Positions 56,465 to 64,000 of a stretch of 64,000 nucleotides of DNA are shown here, piece by piece (positions within the stretch are counted from its first letter, which is position 1; each line of letters begins with the position of its first letter). The DNA comes from an uncultured Acidobacteriaceae bacterium. GTDB lineage: Bacteria; Acidobacteriota; Terriglobia; Acidiferrales; UBA7541. The stretch lies in the NCBI GenBank assembly GCA_964500065.1, contig CAZCNH010000007.1:1-64000 (forward strand), read 5' to 3'. A program made the position numbers and the translations under genes. The notes beneath the pieces are model-generated. The model was not told where the DNA came from and did no database searches. It worked only from the letters and a program-made list of their open reading frames with translations.

Positions 56465-58204
56465 TCAGTAGCCGATGGCTGCGCCATCGCCATCGCGCGG
56501 GTCGGAAGCGCCAGTGCGAATGCCGGTCTTTGGCTCGACCAAAATACCCATGGCGCGCCCTTGCGAGCGGGTGCTGTCGGATATGCGTACCTTGTGTCCA
56601 TAGCTTTCCAGCAGCTTCAGTACTTCCGGCGCGGCGCCGTGCTTTTCGATGTTGATGCGGTCGGGCAGCCATTGATGGTGAATGCGCGGGGCGCCCACCG
56701 CTTCCGCCACGTCCATTTTGAAGTCGAGCACGTTCACCACAACTTGCAGCACAGTATTGATGATGGTGCGGCCGCCGGGCGAGCCGATCAGCAAATAAGG
56801 TTTGTCCTCGTGGACGATGATGGCCGGTGTCATCGAAGAAAGCATGCGCTTGCCCGGCGCGACCACGTTGGGCGGCGTGCCAATCAACCCGGTTTCGTCT
56901 GTGCGGCCGGGCTGCGGATTGAAGTCCCCCATCTCGTTGTTCAGCAGGAACCCAGTTCCCTCCGCAACAATGTGCGAGCCATACCAGCCTTCCAGGGTAA
57001 AGGTCACCACCACCGCATTTCCGTCTTTGTCTATCACCGAATAGTGCGTCGTATGGTCGGATTCCCCGCGCTCCCGATTGAATGCAGCGGGGTCGCTGAC
57101 CGAGGCGCGCGATTCCTGGATACCACGCCGCAAGGTTGCCGCGTGTTCCTTCGAGGTAAGCCGCGCGACTGTTGCCCCCATGTCCGGGTTGAACTCAGGG
57201 TCGCCCATATATTGGGCGCGATCGGCAAAAGCCCGGCGCATCGTTTCGGCCAGCAAATGCAAATGTCGTGCCGAGCCATATCCCGCCCCCGCCAAGTCGT
57301 AACCTTCGAGGATGTTCAGCATTTCAATCAGCGCCGTGCCACCGGAACTCACCGGGGGCATGCCGATCACCTGGTAGCCGCGGTAGGTCCCTTGCAGCGG
57401 CCTGCGTTCCTTCGCTTCGTACGCGGCCAAATCAGCTTCGGTGATCAGCCCGCCGTTGCGCCTCATGTCCGCGGCAAGAAGCCGGGCGGTTTCCCCTTTA
57501 TAGAAGCCGTCACGCCCGCGTTGTTGAATGCGCTTCAGAGACTTGGCCAGATCCTTCTGCCGCCAGATCTCCCCTTGTTGATAGGGTTCTCCGTCCGGTT
57601 TCAGGAAAATTCGCGCGGTTGCCGGATAGCGGCGGAAGTTTTCCGCGTTGCGGCGGAAGTCGTCGGACATGGTCCAGGTCATCGGGATGCCTCGGTCCGC
57701 CAGCCGAATCGCCGGCGCGATCAACTGTTTCATCGGCATCCTGCCCAGTTTGGAGTGAGCCAGGAAAAATCCGGCCACAGTGCCCGGCACGCCGGGAGAC
57801 TTCCATCCCTCATGATTCGACTTTCCGTCGTACACGCCCTGCGCGTTCAAATACATTTTGTCGCTGGCGGCGGCAGGCGCCTTCTCGCGAAAATCGAATG
57901 CGCGAGTTTCGCCGCTGGCCAGGCGCACCAGCATGAAGCCGCCGCCGCCGATGTTCCCGGCGCCCGGCAGCGTCACCGCCAGGGCAAACCCGGTGGCAAT
58001 CGCCGCGTCCACGGCATTGCCGCCTTTTTTCAGGATATCCACGCCGACCTGCGACGCCAGATAATGCGAGGAAACCACCATGCCGCTGCGTGCCCGTACC
58101 GGATGCGCGGCGACCGCAAGGGTCACTGGCGGAGGAATCATCAGCGTGACGCAAAGGGCGGCAGCCAGCAGCCCACACATCACCCGTTTGGAAAAATCGC
58201 GCAT
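56465..58204 (-). CDS. ggt: gamma-glutamyltransferase
   Basis: GGT family throughout; autoprocessing/catalytic Thr in DTTHYSVIDKDGNAV; signal peptide; AGGAGG RBS before ATG 58204. Confidence 0.9.
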   Translation of the reverse strand: MRDFSKRVMCGLLAAALCVTLMIPPPVTLAVAAHPVRARSGMVVSSHYLASQVGVDILKKGGNAVDAAIATGFALAVTLPGAGNIGGGGFMLVRLASGETRAFDFREKAPAAASDKMYLNAQGVYDGKSNHEGWKSPGVPGTVAGFFLAHSKLGRMPMKQLIAPAIRLADRGIPMTWTMSDDFRRNAENFRRYPATARIFLKPDGEPYQQGEIWRQKDLAKSLKRIQQRGRDGFYKGETARLLAADMRRNGGLITEADLAAYEAKERRPLQGTYRGYQVIGMPPVSSGGTALIEMLNILEGYDLAGAGYGSARHLHLLAETMRRAFADRAQYMGDPEFNPDMGATVARLTSKEHAATLRRGIQESRASVSDPAAFNRERGESDHTTHYSVIDKDGNAVVVTFTLEGWYGSHIVAEGTGFLLNNEMGDFNPQPGRTDETGLIGTPPNVVAPGKRMLSSMTPAIIVHEDKPYLLIGSPGGRTIINTVLQVVVNVLDFKMDVAEAVGAPRIHHQWLPDRINIEKHGAAPEVLKLLESYGHKVRISDSTRSQGRAMGILVEPKTGIRTGASDPRDGDGAAIGY

Positions 58205-58239
58205 GACGAAACCTCCTGACAAGCTGCGAAAAAAAAGCA

Positions 58240-58371
58240 CTTCCCCGTCATTCTGAGTCTGCCGAAGGCGGACGAAGAACCTCGACGTTCATTATCGCCA
58301 AGGACTTGGGATCGAGATTCTTCGGCCGCTTCGCGGCCTCAGCATGACGAAGTGACTTTTTCCGCATCCTG
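58240..58371. repeat. ~130-bp nested-palindromic intergenic element, copy 2 (sits in the 5' leader region of ggt)
   Basis: About 80% identical to 30589..30718; same position and orientation relative to the downstream minus-strand gene. Confidence 0.8.
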
Positions 58372-58448
58372 CTAAGCAACCAAACCTGCTGCAATCATTT
58401 CATGCTCAAGCTGACCCGGCGACCCCAGAGTGCGCGCGCCTGCCAGGA

Positions 58449-60260
58449 CTACGCGGCCACTCGCCTGGAGATGTCGCGGTAAAGCAGTGTACCGGTGACT
58501 CCCGCCAGCGCCCAAAGTCCGGCGCCGAGTCCGGGTTCGCCGAGCAGCAATTTGCCCGTGCCGAACAGCGCGGAATAGACCATGGCGCAACCGAGCAGCC
58601 AGGCGGTAAGGTTGGCGCCCAAATCTCGCGTTGGCGCAAGGTCCGGGGCCAGGACCGCGATGGGCTTCCACCCGCTCACGTGGGGCCGCGCGTGACGGTA
58701 AAAATCCAGCAGCTTTTGTTGTGGTTCGGGTTTGGTAAGAAACGTAACGAGTACCCAAACGACCGTGGTCACCAGCGTGGTGGTGAGCGCCGTCTTGGCA
58801 AAGACGACCGAAGAACTGCCCGCAAACGCATCGCTACCCGCAAATTTCTTCCAGTTTTGAATCACCTGGCTGACCACCAGCGAAGTGGCCATCGCAGAAA
58901 TTTCACTCCACGCGTTGATGCGCCACCAGAACCAGCGCAGGATATAGACCGCGCCCGTGCCCGCGCCGATTACCAGCACATTTTCCCAGCCGGAGGCGAT
59001 GCTCGTCAGCAGCCACGAAACCAACCCCGAAGCCACAACCAGCAGCGGCGTGACGGCGAAACGCGACACGTTCACGTAGTGCGCTTCGTCCGCCTCGCGC
59101 TTCACAAAGCGCCGGTAAAAGTCACCCACGATGTAGGACGCGCCCCAGTTGAGTTGCGTGGCAATCGTGGACATGAACGCCGCCAAAAAGCCCGCAACCA
59201 AGATACCGAGAAAGGCGGGCGGCAGATGTTCGGTGGCCAGCCGAATGTAGGAAGCTTCTGCGTCAGACCTCGACAACCCTGGATACAGCACCATGCAAGC
59301 CAGTGCCGTGAAAATCCACGGCCACGGGCGCACCGCATAGTGCGCAATGTTGAACCACAAAACGCTGAGCAGGCCATCGCGCTCGCTGCGCGTCGAGAAA
59401 ATCCGCTGCGCAATGTAGCCGCCGCCGCCCGGCTCCGCGCCCGGATACCAGAAGGCCCACCACTGCACCGCAAGATGAACAATGAAGGTGAGGGCAGGCA
59501 GCGTCCACAAAAGCTCGGAAGAAAATCCGGCGCCAAAATCAGGCAAAAACGCGGTGGGGTCGCCCTGGGTGACGGCGGTGGCGCCCCGCAATTCCTGCAG
59601 GCGGTGCAGCATGGTCTCCATGCCTCCGGCTGCGCCTACGGCGTACCAGCCCACCGCGATCACGATACTCATCATCAGCACGAACTGGAAAAGATCGGTC
59701 CACAGCACGCCCCACAGCCCGCCCAGCGATGCGTAAATGCCGGTAAACGGAATGAGGAAAAAAATGCAAATCCCCAGGGCCGTTGCGTCGGAGACGCCCA
59801 GAGTAATCTTGATGATGCTGGCCATGGCTTTGGTGACCCAGCCCAGGATCAGGCAGTTCATCAGCAAGCCCAGATAAATTGCCCGGAATCCGCGCAGGAA
59901 CGCGGCCGGTTTGCCGGCGTAACGCATTTCCGCGAATTGCACATCGGTGAGCAGGCCGCTGCGCCGCCACAGCCGCGCAAACAAAAACACCGTCATCATC
60001 CCCGACGGCAAAAAACTCCACCACAACCAGTTGCCGGCAATTCCGCTGAAGTAGACGATGCCGGTGACCGCCAGCGGAGTATCCGCGGCAAATGTGGTGG
60101 CCACCATCGAGGTGCCCGCCAGCCACCAGGAAACGCTGCGTCCGCTGACGAAGTAATCCGCGGTGCTGGCGCTGGCTCGCCGCCGGAAATACAAGCCAAT
60201 CAGCATCGAGGCCAGCAGGTACCCGCCAATGGCAAACCAGTCAAGCAAGGTGAGTTTCAT
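58449..60260 (-). CDS. sodium:solute symporter (SSS) family transporter
   Basis: About 13 TM helices; SSS family N-terminal pattern LLDWFAIGGYLLASMLIGLYF...DYFVSGR. Confidence 0.85.
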   Translation of the reverse strand: MKLTLLDWFAIGGYLLASMLIGLYFRRRASASTADYFVSGRSVSWWLAGTSMVATTFAADTPLAVTGIVYFSGIAGNWLWWSFLPSGMMTVFLFARLWRRSGLLTDVQFAEMRYAGKPAAFLRGFRAIYLGLLMNCLILGWVTKAMASIIKITLGVSDATALGICIFFLIPFTGIYASLGGLWGVLWTDLFQFVLMMSIVIAVGWYAVGAAGGMETMLHRLQELRGATAVTQGDPTAFLPDFGAGFSSELLWTLPALTFIVHLAVQWWAFWYPGAEPGGGGYIAQRIFSTRSERDGLLSVLWFNIAHYAVRPWPWIFTALACMVLYPGLSRSDAEASYIRLATEHLPPAFLGILVAGFLAAFMSTIATQLNWGASYIVGDFYRRFVKREADEAHYVNVSRFAVTPLLVVASGLVSWLLTSIASGWENVLVIGAGTGAVYILRWFWWRINAWSEISAMATSLVVSQVIQNWKKFAGSDAFAGSSSVVFAKTALTTTLVTTVVWVLVTFLTKPEPQQKLLDFYRHARPHVSGWKPIAVLAPDLAPTRDLGANLTAWLLGCAMVYSALFGTGKLLLGEPGLGAGLWALAGVTGTLLYRDISRRVAA

Positions 60261-60568
60261 GGCCGCCTAGTTTGGTGGGGAGCGCTGCCACTGTCAACAC
60301 ATTCGAGGGGGAAGGATTGGCGCGGTGCCGGGCGGCTTGGGCAAGTGTCTCGTGCTGCGCGACTCGCGACTCGAAAATCCCGGGGAACCGCCAGCTGCAA
60401 GTCGCACATCGCGAGGCAAGACGCCTCTGGGCCGCCCGGCCCGCATAGAAGATGTACCAGCGAAGGGCTGATGCCGCGCATCAGCCGTTACGCCGAAACG
60501 CCAGGTTTGGCTTTTGTGCATCGCGAACACGAAGAATCGGTCGCGTCGCCAGGGCACAAAAGCGCAAC

Positions 60569-61915
60569 TCAGTAATCCATGAACAGCGGCTGCTTCACCG
60601 CCTCCCGGCCATAAAACTGAGCCTCTTCGGTGGAGCCTCGCAGAGCCGTCGTGGAGGATGTCCCGCCGGTGATCGCCAACGCCACGTCGTCGAAATACTT
60701 TGTGCCCACAAAGCGCTGATGCTTCACCGCGGCATATCCGGAATCCTTCTCCCGCGCGAATTCGGCTTCCTGCAATTTCACATAGGCGCTCATGCCGGAG
60801 GCCCGGTAGTCCGAGGCCAGCTCGAACATGCTCAAATTCAGCGCGTGGAAGCCCGCCAGGGTAACGAACTGGAACTTGTACCCCATGGCGCCCAGCTCGC
60901 GCTGGAACTGCGCAATGGTTTTGTCGTCAAGATGTTTTTTCCAGTTGAAGGAAGGCGAACAGTTGTAAGCCAGAAGCTTGCCGGGGAACTTGGCGTGAAT
61001 GGCTTCCGCAAATTCCCGCGCCTCGGCCAGATTGGGCTTCGACGTTTCACACCACAGCAGGTCGGCGTACGGCGCGTAGGCCAATCCTCGGGCGATGGCG
61101 CATTTCGCGCCTCCATGAATGCGGAAGAACCCTTCCACGGTACGCTCGCCGGTCAGGAATTCGAGGTCGCGCTCGTCGTTGTTGCTGGTGATGAGCTGCG
61201 CGCTGTCAGCGTCGGTGCGGGCGATCAGCACCGTGGGCACGGCCATCACGTCCGCGGCCAGGCGCGCGGCAACGAGCTTCTGGATAAACTCGCCGGTCGG
61301 AACCAGGACTTTGCCGCCCAGGTGGCCGCACTTTTTCGCGGAGGAGAGCTGGTCTTCGAAGTGGACGCCCGCGGCGCCCGCTTCAATCATCGCCTTCATC
61401 AACTCGAAGGCGTTCAGGTTGCCGCCGAAACCGGCCTCGGCGTCGGCCACAATGGGCGCAAACCAGTCCGCCTCGTTGCGACCTTCCGAGTGCTGGATTT
61501 GATCGGCGCGGGTCAAAGCGTTATTGATGCGACGCACCAGGTTGGGCACGCTATCGGCTGGGTACAGGCTTTGGTCGGGATAGACTTGGCCGGCGTCGTT
61601 GGCATCACCGGCAACTTGCCAGCCGCTGGCGTAAATAGCCTTCAGCCCCGCGGCCACTTGCTGCGTGGCCTGATGGCCGGTGAGCGCGCCGAGCGCGTTC
61701 ACGTAAGACTCGGTGTGCAGTAAACGCCAGAGTTTTTCAGCGCCCAGGCGCGCGAGCGTGTGCTCGATTCGCACCGAGCCCGCCAGGCGCGCAACTTCCG
61801 CTGAGCTGTATGGCCGCGTTATTCCGGCCCAGCGGGCTTGCATGGGAGTGGTGGCGTGCCCGTTTTTTCCGTTCCCGTTTGCGTGGCCGTTGCCGCTATT
61901 CCCGTTCGCTGCCAT
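60569..61915 (-). CDS. aceA: isocitrate lyase
   Basis: Near full-length collinearity with E. coli AceA, including the catalytic signature KKCGHLGGK; AAGGAG RBS before ATG 61915; N/G/H-rich N-terminal tail replaces the usual N-terminal helix. Confidence 0.92.
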   Translation of the reverse strand: MAANGNSGNGHANGNGKNGHATTPMQARWAGITRPYSSAEVARLAGSVRIEHTLARLGAEKLWRLLHTESYVNALGALTGHQATQQVAAGLKAIYASGWQVAGDANDAGQVYPDQSLYPADSVPNLVRRINNALTRADQIQHSEGRNEADWFAPIVADAEAGFGGNLNAFELMKAMIEAGAAGVHFEDQLSSAKKCGHLGGKVLVPTGEFIQKLVAARLAADVMAVPTVLIARTDADSAQLITSNNDERDLEFLTGERTVEGFFRIHGGAKCAIARGLAYAPYADLLWCETSKPNLAEAREFAEAIHAKFPGKLLAYNCSPSFNWKKHLDDKTIAQFQRELGAMGYKFQFVTLAGFHALNLSMFELASDYRASGMSAYVKLQEAEFAREKDSGYAAVKHQRFVGTKYFDDVALAITGGTSSTTALRGSTEEAQFYGREAVKQPLFMDY

Positions 61916-61974
61916 CCGGTGCTCCTTCGATTGGTGTAGTTGCAGTTGGGAAACCACCGCGCGATCATTCCCAG

Positions 61975-63528
61975 TTACACGGGATTGAATTGCTCATCCA
62001 GGATCATGGCTTCGCTGATGTAGCGGGCTTCACGGAAATGCTCGAGGCGATGCGGCTCAGTGCCCGCCGGCAATTCGGCGAGCACGCGGTCCAGTTCCTC
62101 ATCAAAAATGCGCCGCAGCGTTTCCGGGGTGTGGCCCACCGGCGAGCCATTGGCGTCCAGCACCGGGGCTTGTTCAGAATGGCGCATGCGCTGGGCCAGC
62201 ATCAGCCGATAGATCCGGTCTGTGGCCAGGTCTTCCATGTAGCCGTCCAGCAGGCTCGCCCCGCGCCCCTCCAGTACGCCCGCCCGATAGCGGATTACAG
62301 TGCGAACGGCGCTGCGCGTGCCTTCCAGCGTGCGACAACCGATCCCATTCGGAGTCGGGCGCAAATCTGGATGAGCCGACGACTCGCCGCCGCGAAAGCT
62401 GATTTGATTGGGATTGGGAAACTGGCGCACGGCGACTTCGTTTTGATCCGGGTGCCCGGTCCAGGCCCCATCCATCCCGCACGCCGCCTCGTTGTGTTTA
62501 TCCTTCTCCAGAACGCTCAGGGCGCGCTGATTCAGTTCGGGATTGGCGCGGTCAGGAAAGAGCGCGGTCATGCCTCCGATCGCCAGGGCGCCGTGACGGT
62601 GGCAGATCTCCGGCATCCAGGTGCGCAAATTCTGAAAGAACGGAACGTCGTGGGGAATCGTGTTGCGATCAGGCAGCACCCACGAAGGATCGTGCAGGTT
62701 GAAGTGAATCAAGCTGGCCATGTAATCCCAGCGCCCCAGATTCAATCCTGTGATGTGATCCCGCAGATAGTGGAGGAACGGCTCCATCTCAAACGCCAGC
62801 GGGTGCGATTCCACCAGCGCCATGCATTTGATGTAATCCGGCGCCCAGCCGCGCGCAGCGGCAATGGCCTGAAAGAGGTCGCGCCACCACAGCGCTTCTT
62901 CCGCGGATTCGGATTTCGGAATGTAGAAGGCGAGCGGATGCTTCAGTTCTGCCGGGTCAACCTGAAACGCAATCTGGGCCACATCGAATAGAGACGCCGA
63001 GCAATCCTCTCCCCGGAAAACACCTGCCTGCCGGATGTGCAGGCCGCGCGGGCGAATCCAGATGACTGTCGCACTGGGAATGATGCTCACCGTTTTGCCG
63101 CGCTTGTGGTCGAAATAGGTCAATGCGCCGCGGAGGGCCTCGAGACAGTTATGAATCCCGCGCTGCAGGTTCTCCCAGTAATTCGCCATGGAGTCTTCCA
63201 GGTCCAGCATCACACCCGGCGCGCCTGAGTTCAGCATTTTGACAACCAGTTCCGCATCGTCGGCTGGGCCAGTCATTTGATTGCGCTGGTCGCGACACCA
63301 TTCGGGCAGCTCGATGCGCCAGAGCCCGCCGGCGCCGTTTACGCATACGGGGCCAGGCAGGCAACCACGGTGGGCCCGCTGCAGGTTGCTGATTCTTTTT
63401 GCCTGGAGAACTTGCTGGCGCGGCGTAAATACGCGGTGCAGGGGTTCCAGAAATTTCTGAAAGCCTTCCGGAAGAATTCGTCCTATGTCCACGCTGTCCG
63501 GAACCCGGTTCATCGTTGGCACGACCAC
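61975..63528 (-). CDS. aceB: malate synthase A
   Basis: Malate synthase A family length and motifs ([12 protein letters not shown]..., catalytic region); immediately upstream of aceA, forming an aceBA operon. Confidence 0.9.
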   Translation of the reverse strand: MVVPTMNRVPDSVDIGRILPEGFQKFLEPLHRVFTPRQQVLQAKRISNLQRAHRGCLPGPVCVNGAGGLWRIELPEWCRDQRNQMTGPADDAELVVKMLNSGAPGVMLDLEDSMANYWENLQRGIHNCLEALRGALTYFDHKRGKTVSIIPSATVIWIRPRGLHIRQAGVFRGEDCSASLFDVAQIAFQVDPAELKHPLAFYIPKSESAEEALWWRDLFQAIAAARGWAPDYIKCMALVESHPLAFEMEPFLHYLRDHITGLNLGRWDYMASLIHFNLHDPSWVLPDRNTIPHDVPFFQNLRTWMPEICHRHGALAIGGMTALFPDRANPELNQRALSVLEKDKHNEAACGMDGAWTGHPDQNEVAVRQFPNPNQISFRGGESSAHPDLRPTPNGIGCRTLEGTRSAVRTVIRYRAGVLEGRGASLLDGYMEDLATDRIYRLMLAQRMRHSEQAPVLDANGSPVGHTPETLRRIFDEELDRVLAELPAGTEPHRLEHFREARYISEAMILDEQFNPV

Positions 63529-63665
63529 AAGCAGCCTCCGAAATAAATCGTTCTCTCCCCGCCTGAGCAGCGGGGCAGAATGATTCCATTTACTCCCTGG
63601 GTTCTGAGCGTAGCGAAGGTACCGCGGGGCGGTGCATTCGCTTCGCCCAGAACGAGCGAAGCCAG

Positions 63666-63863
63666 TTAGAGATGCTCGCTATGAGCCAGTAGAGAGAGCC
63701 GGCGCAAGTCCTCAAAGGTAAAGAACCAGCGTTGCCCATCATCCGACGATTGCCCTAGAGCGGCCTCTCGCGCCAAACTGCGCAGCTCCGCTGAGGACAA
63801 CCCGGTGATGGCAGCGGCTTGCCTGTCATCCACCTCGCTCATCTTTCCATTCAACTTGTCCAA
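63666..63863 (-). CDS. small hypothetical protein (65 aa)
   Basis: ORF only; no supporting motif. Confidence 0.2.
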   Translation of the reverse strand: MDKLNGKMSEVDDRQAAAITGLSSAELRSLAREAALGQSSDDGQRWFFTFEDLRRLSLLAHSEHL

Positions 63864-64000
63864 TGGGCGCCTCCCCCGATAGCACGACTTTTGCCCTGGG
63901 TTCCGTTTGCGCTCCCCAATTTCTTAGAAGGACCCGATGGTGATTCCGCCCGGGATCCGGCCTAGGTAACGATACTCACCCAGTTTTCTTCCTCGACAGC

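Noticed and set aside
60465-60485. Hairpin GCTGATGccgcgCATCAGC as the aceA terminator
   Set aside because: It lies ~90 nt downstream of aceA with no U-tract on the relevant (minus) strand; weak evidence, not reported as a feature.
56399-60575. Long plus-strand ORFs 56399..58219 and 58680..60575
   Set aside because: Shadows of ggt and the SSS transporter on the opposite strand; low-complexity R/A/G/H-rich translations.
1-64000. CRISPR arrays, rRNA genes, IS elements, prophage genes
   Set aside because: No short regularly spaced repeats, no rRNA-like sequence, no transposase/integrase/phage structural ORFs detected on either strand.

Overview
High-GC (~63%) bacterial chromosomal segment. Gene content looks acidobacterial: a CarboxypepD_reg-like secreted protein, a TonB-dependent receptor with a CarboxypepD_reg N-domain, sulfatases and TPR fusions. 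About 55 protein genes, mostly housekeeping. In order: 5'-truncated NtrY-like kinase plus sigma54 response regulator, era, phoH-ybeY-corC cluster, Ycf46-like AAA ATPase, rpsT, mntH, lptE-holA, asd-like, pssA/psd, rimI/tsaB, cdnL, desaturase, sulfatases, flotillin, hom, cysK-like, csp, one tRNA-Arg(ACG), TonB receptor, a GT1 + Crp/Fnr + 2x B12-binding radical SAM + PepSY + serine-hydrolase locus, AKR, transketolase-family protein, ggt, SSS transporter, and the aceBA glyoxylate-shunt operon. Most unusual observations: (1) tRNA-Arg(ACG) is followed by two tandem 338-bp units, each encoding an 84-aa GIY-YIG (YhbQ/UPF0213-like) nuclease and ending in a degenerate copy of the tRNA 3' half; (2) a perfect 334-bp tandem duplication frameshifts the essential holA gene; (3) a ~130-bp nested-palindromic element occurs twice, in the same orientation, immediately upstream of the sufS-like and ggt genes; (4) a Crp/Fnr-flanked pair of B12-binding radical SAM genes sits with a GT1 glycosyltransferase and a PepSY protein; (5) Cys-rich C-terminal tails extend a transketolase-family and a CysK-family enzyme. 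No CRISPR, rRNA, transposase or integrase detected. Coordinates of non-ORF features are approximate (+/-2 nt).
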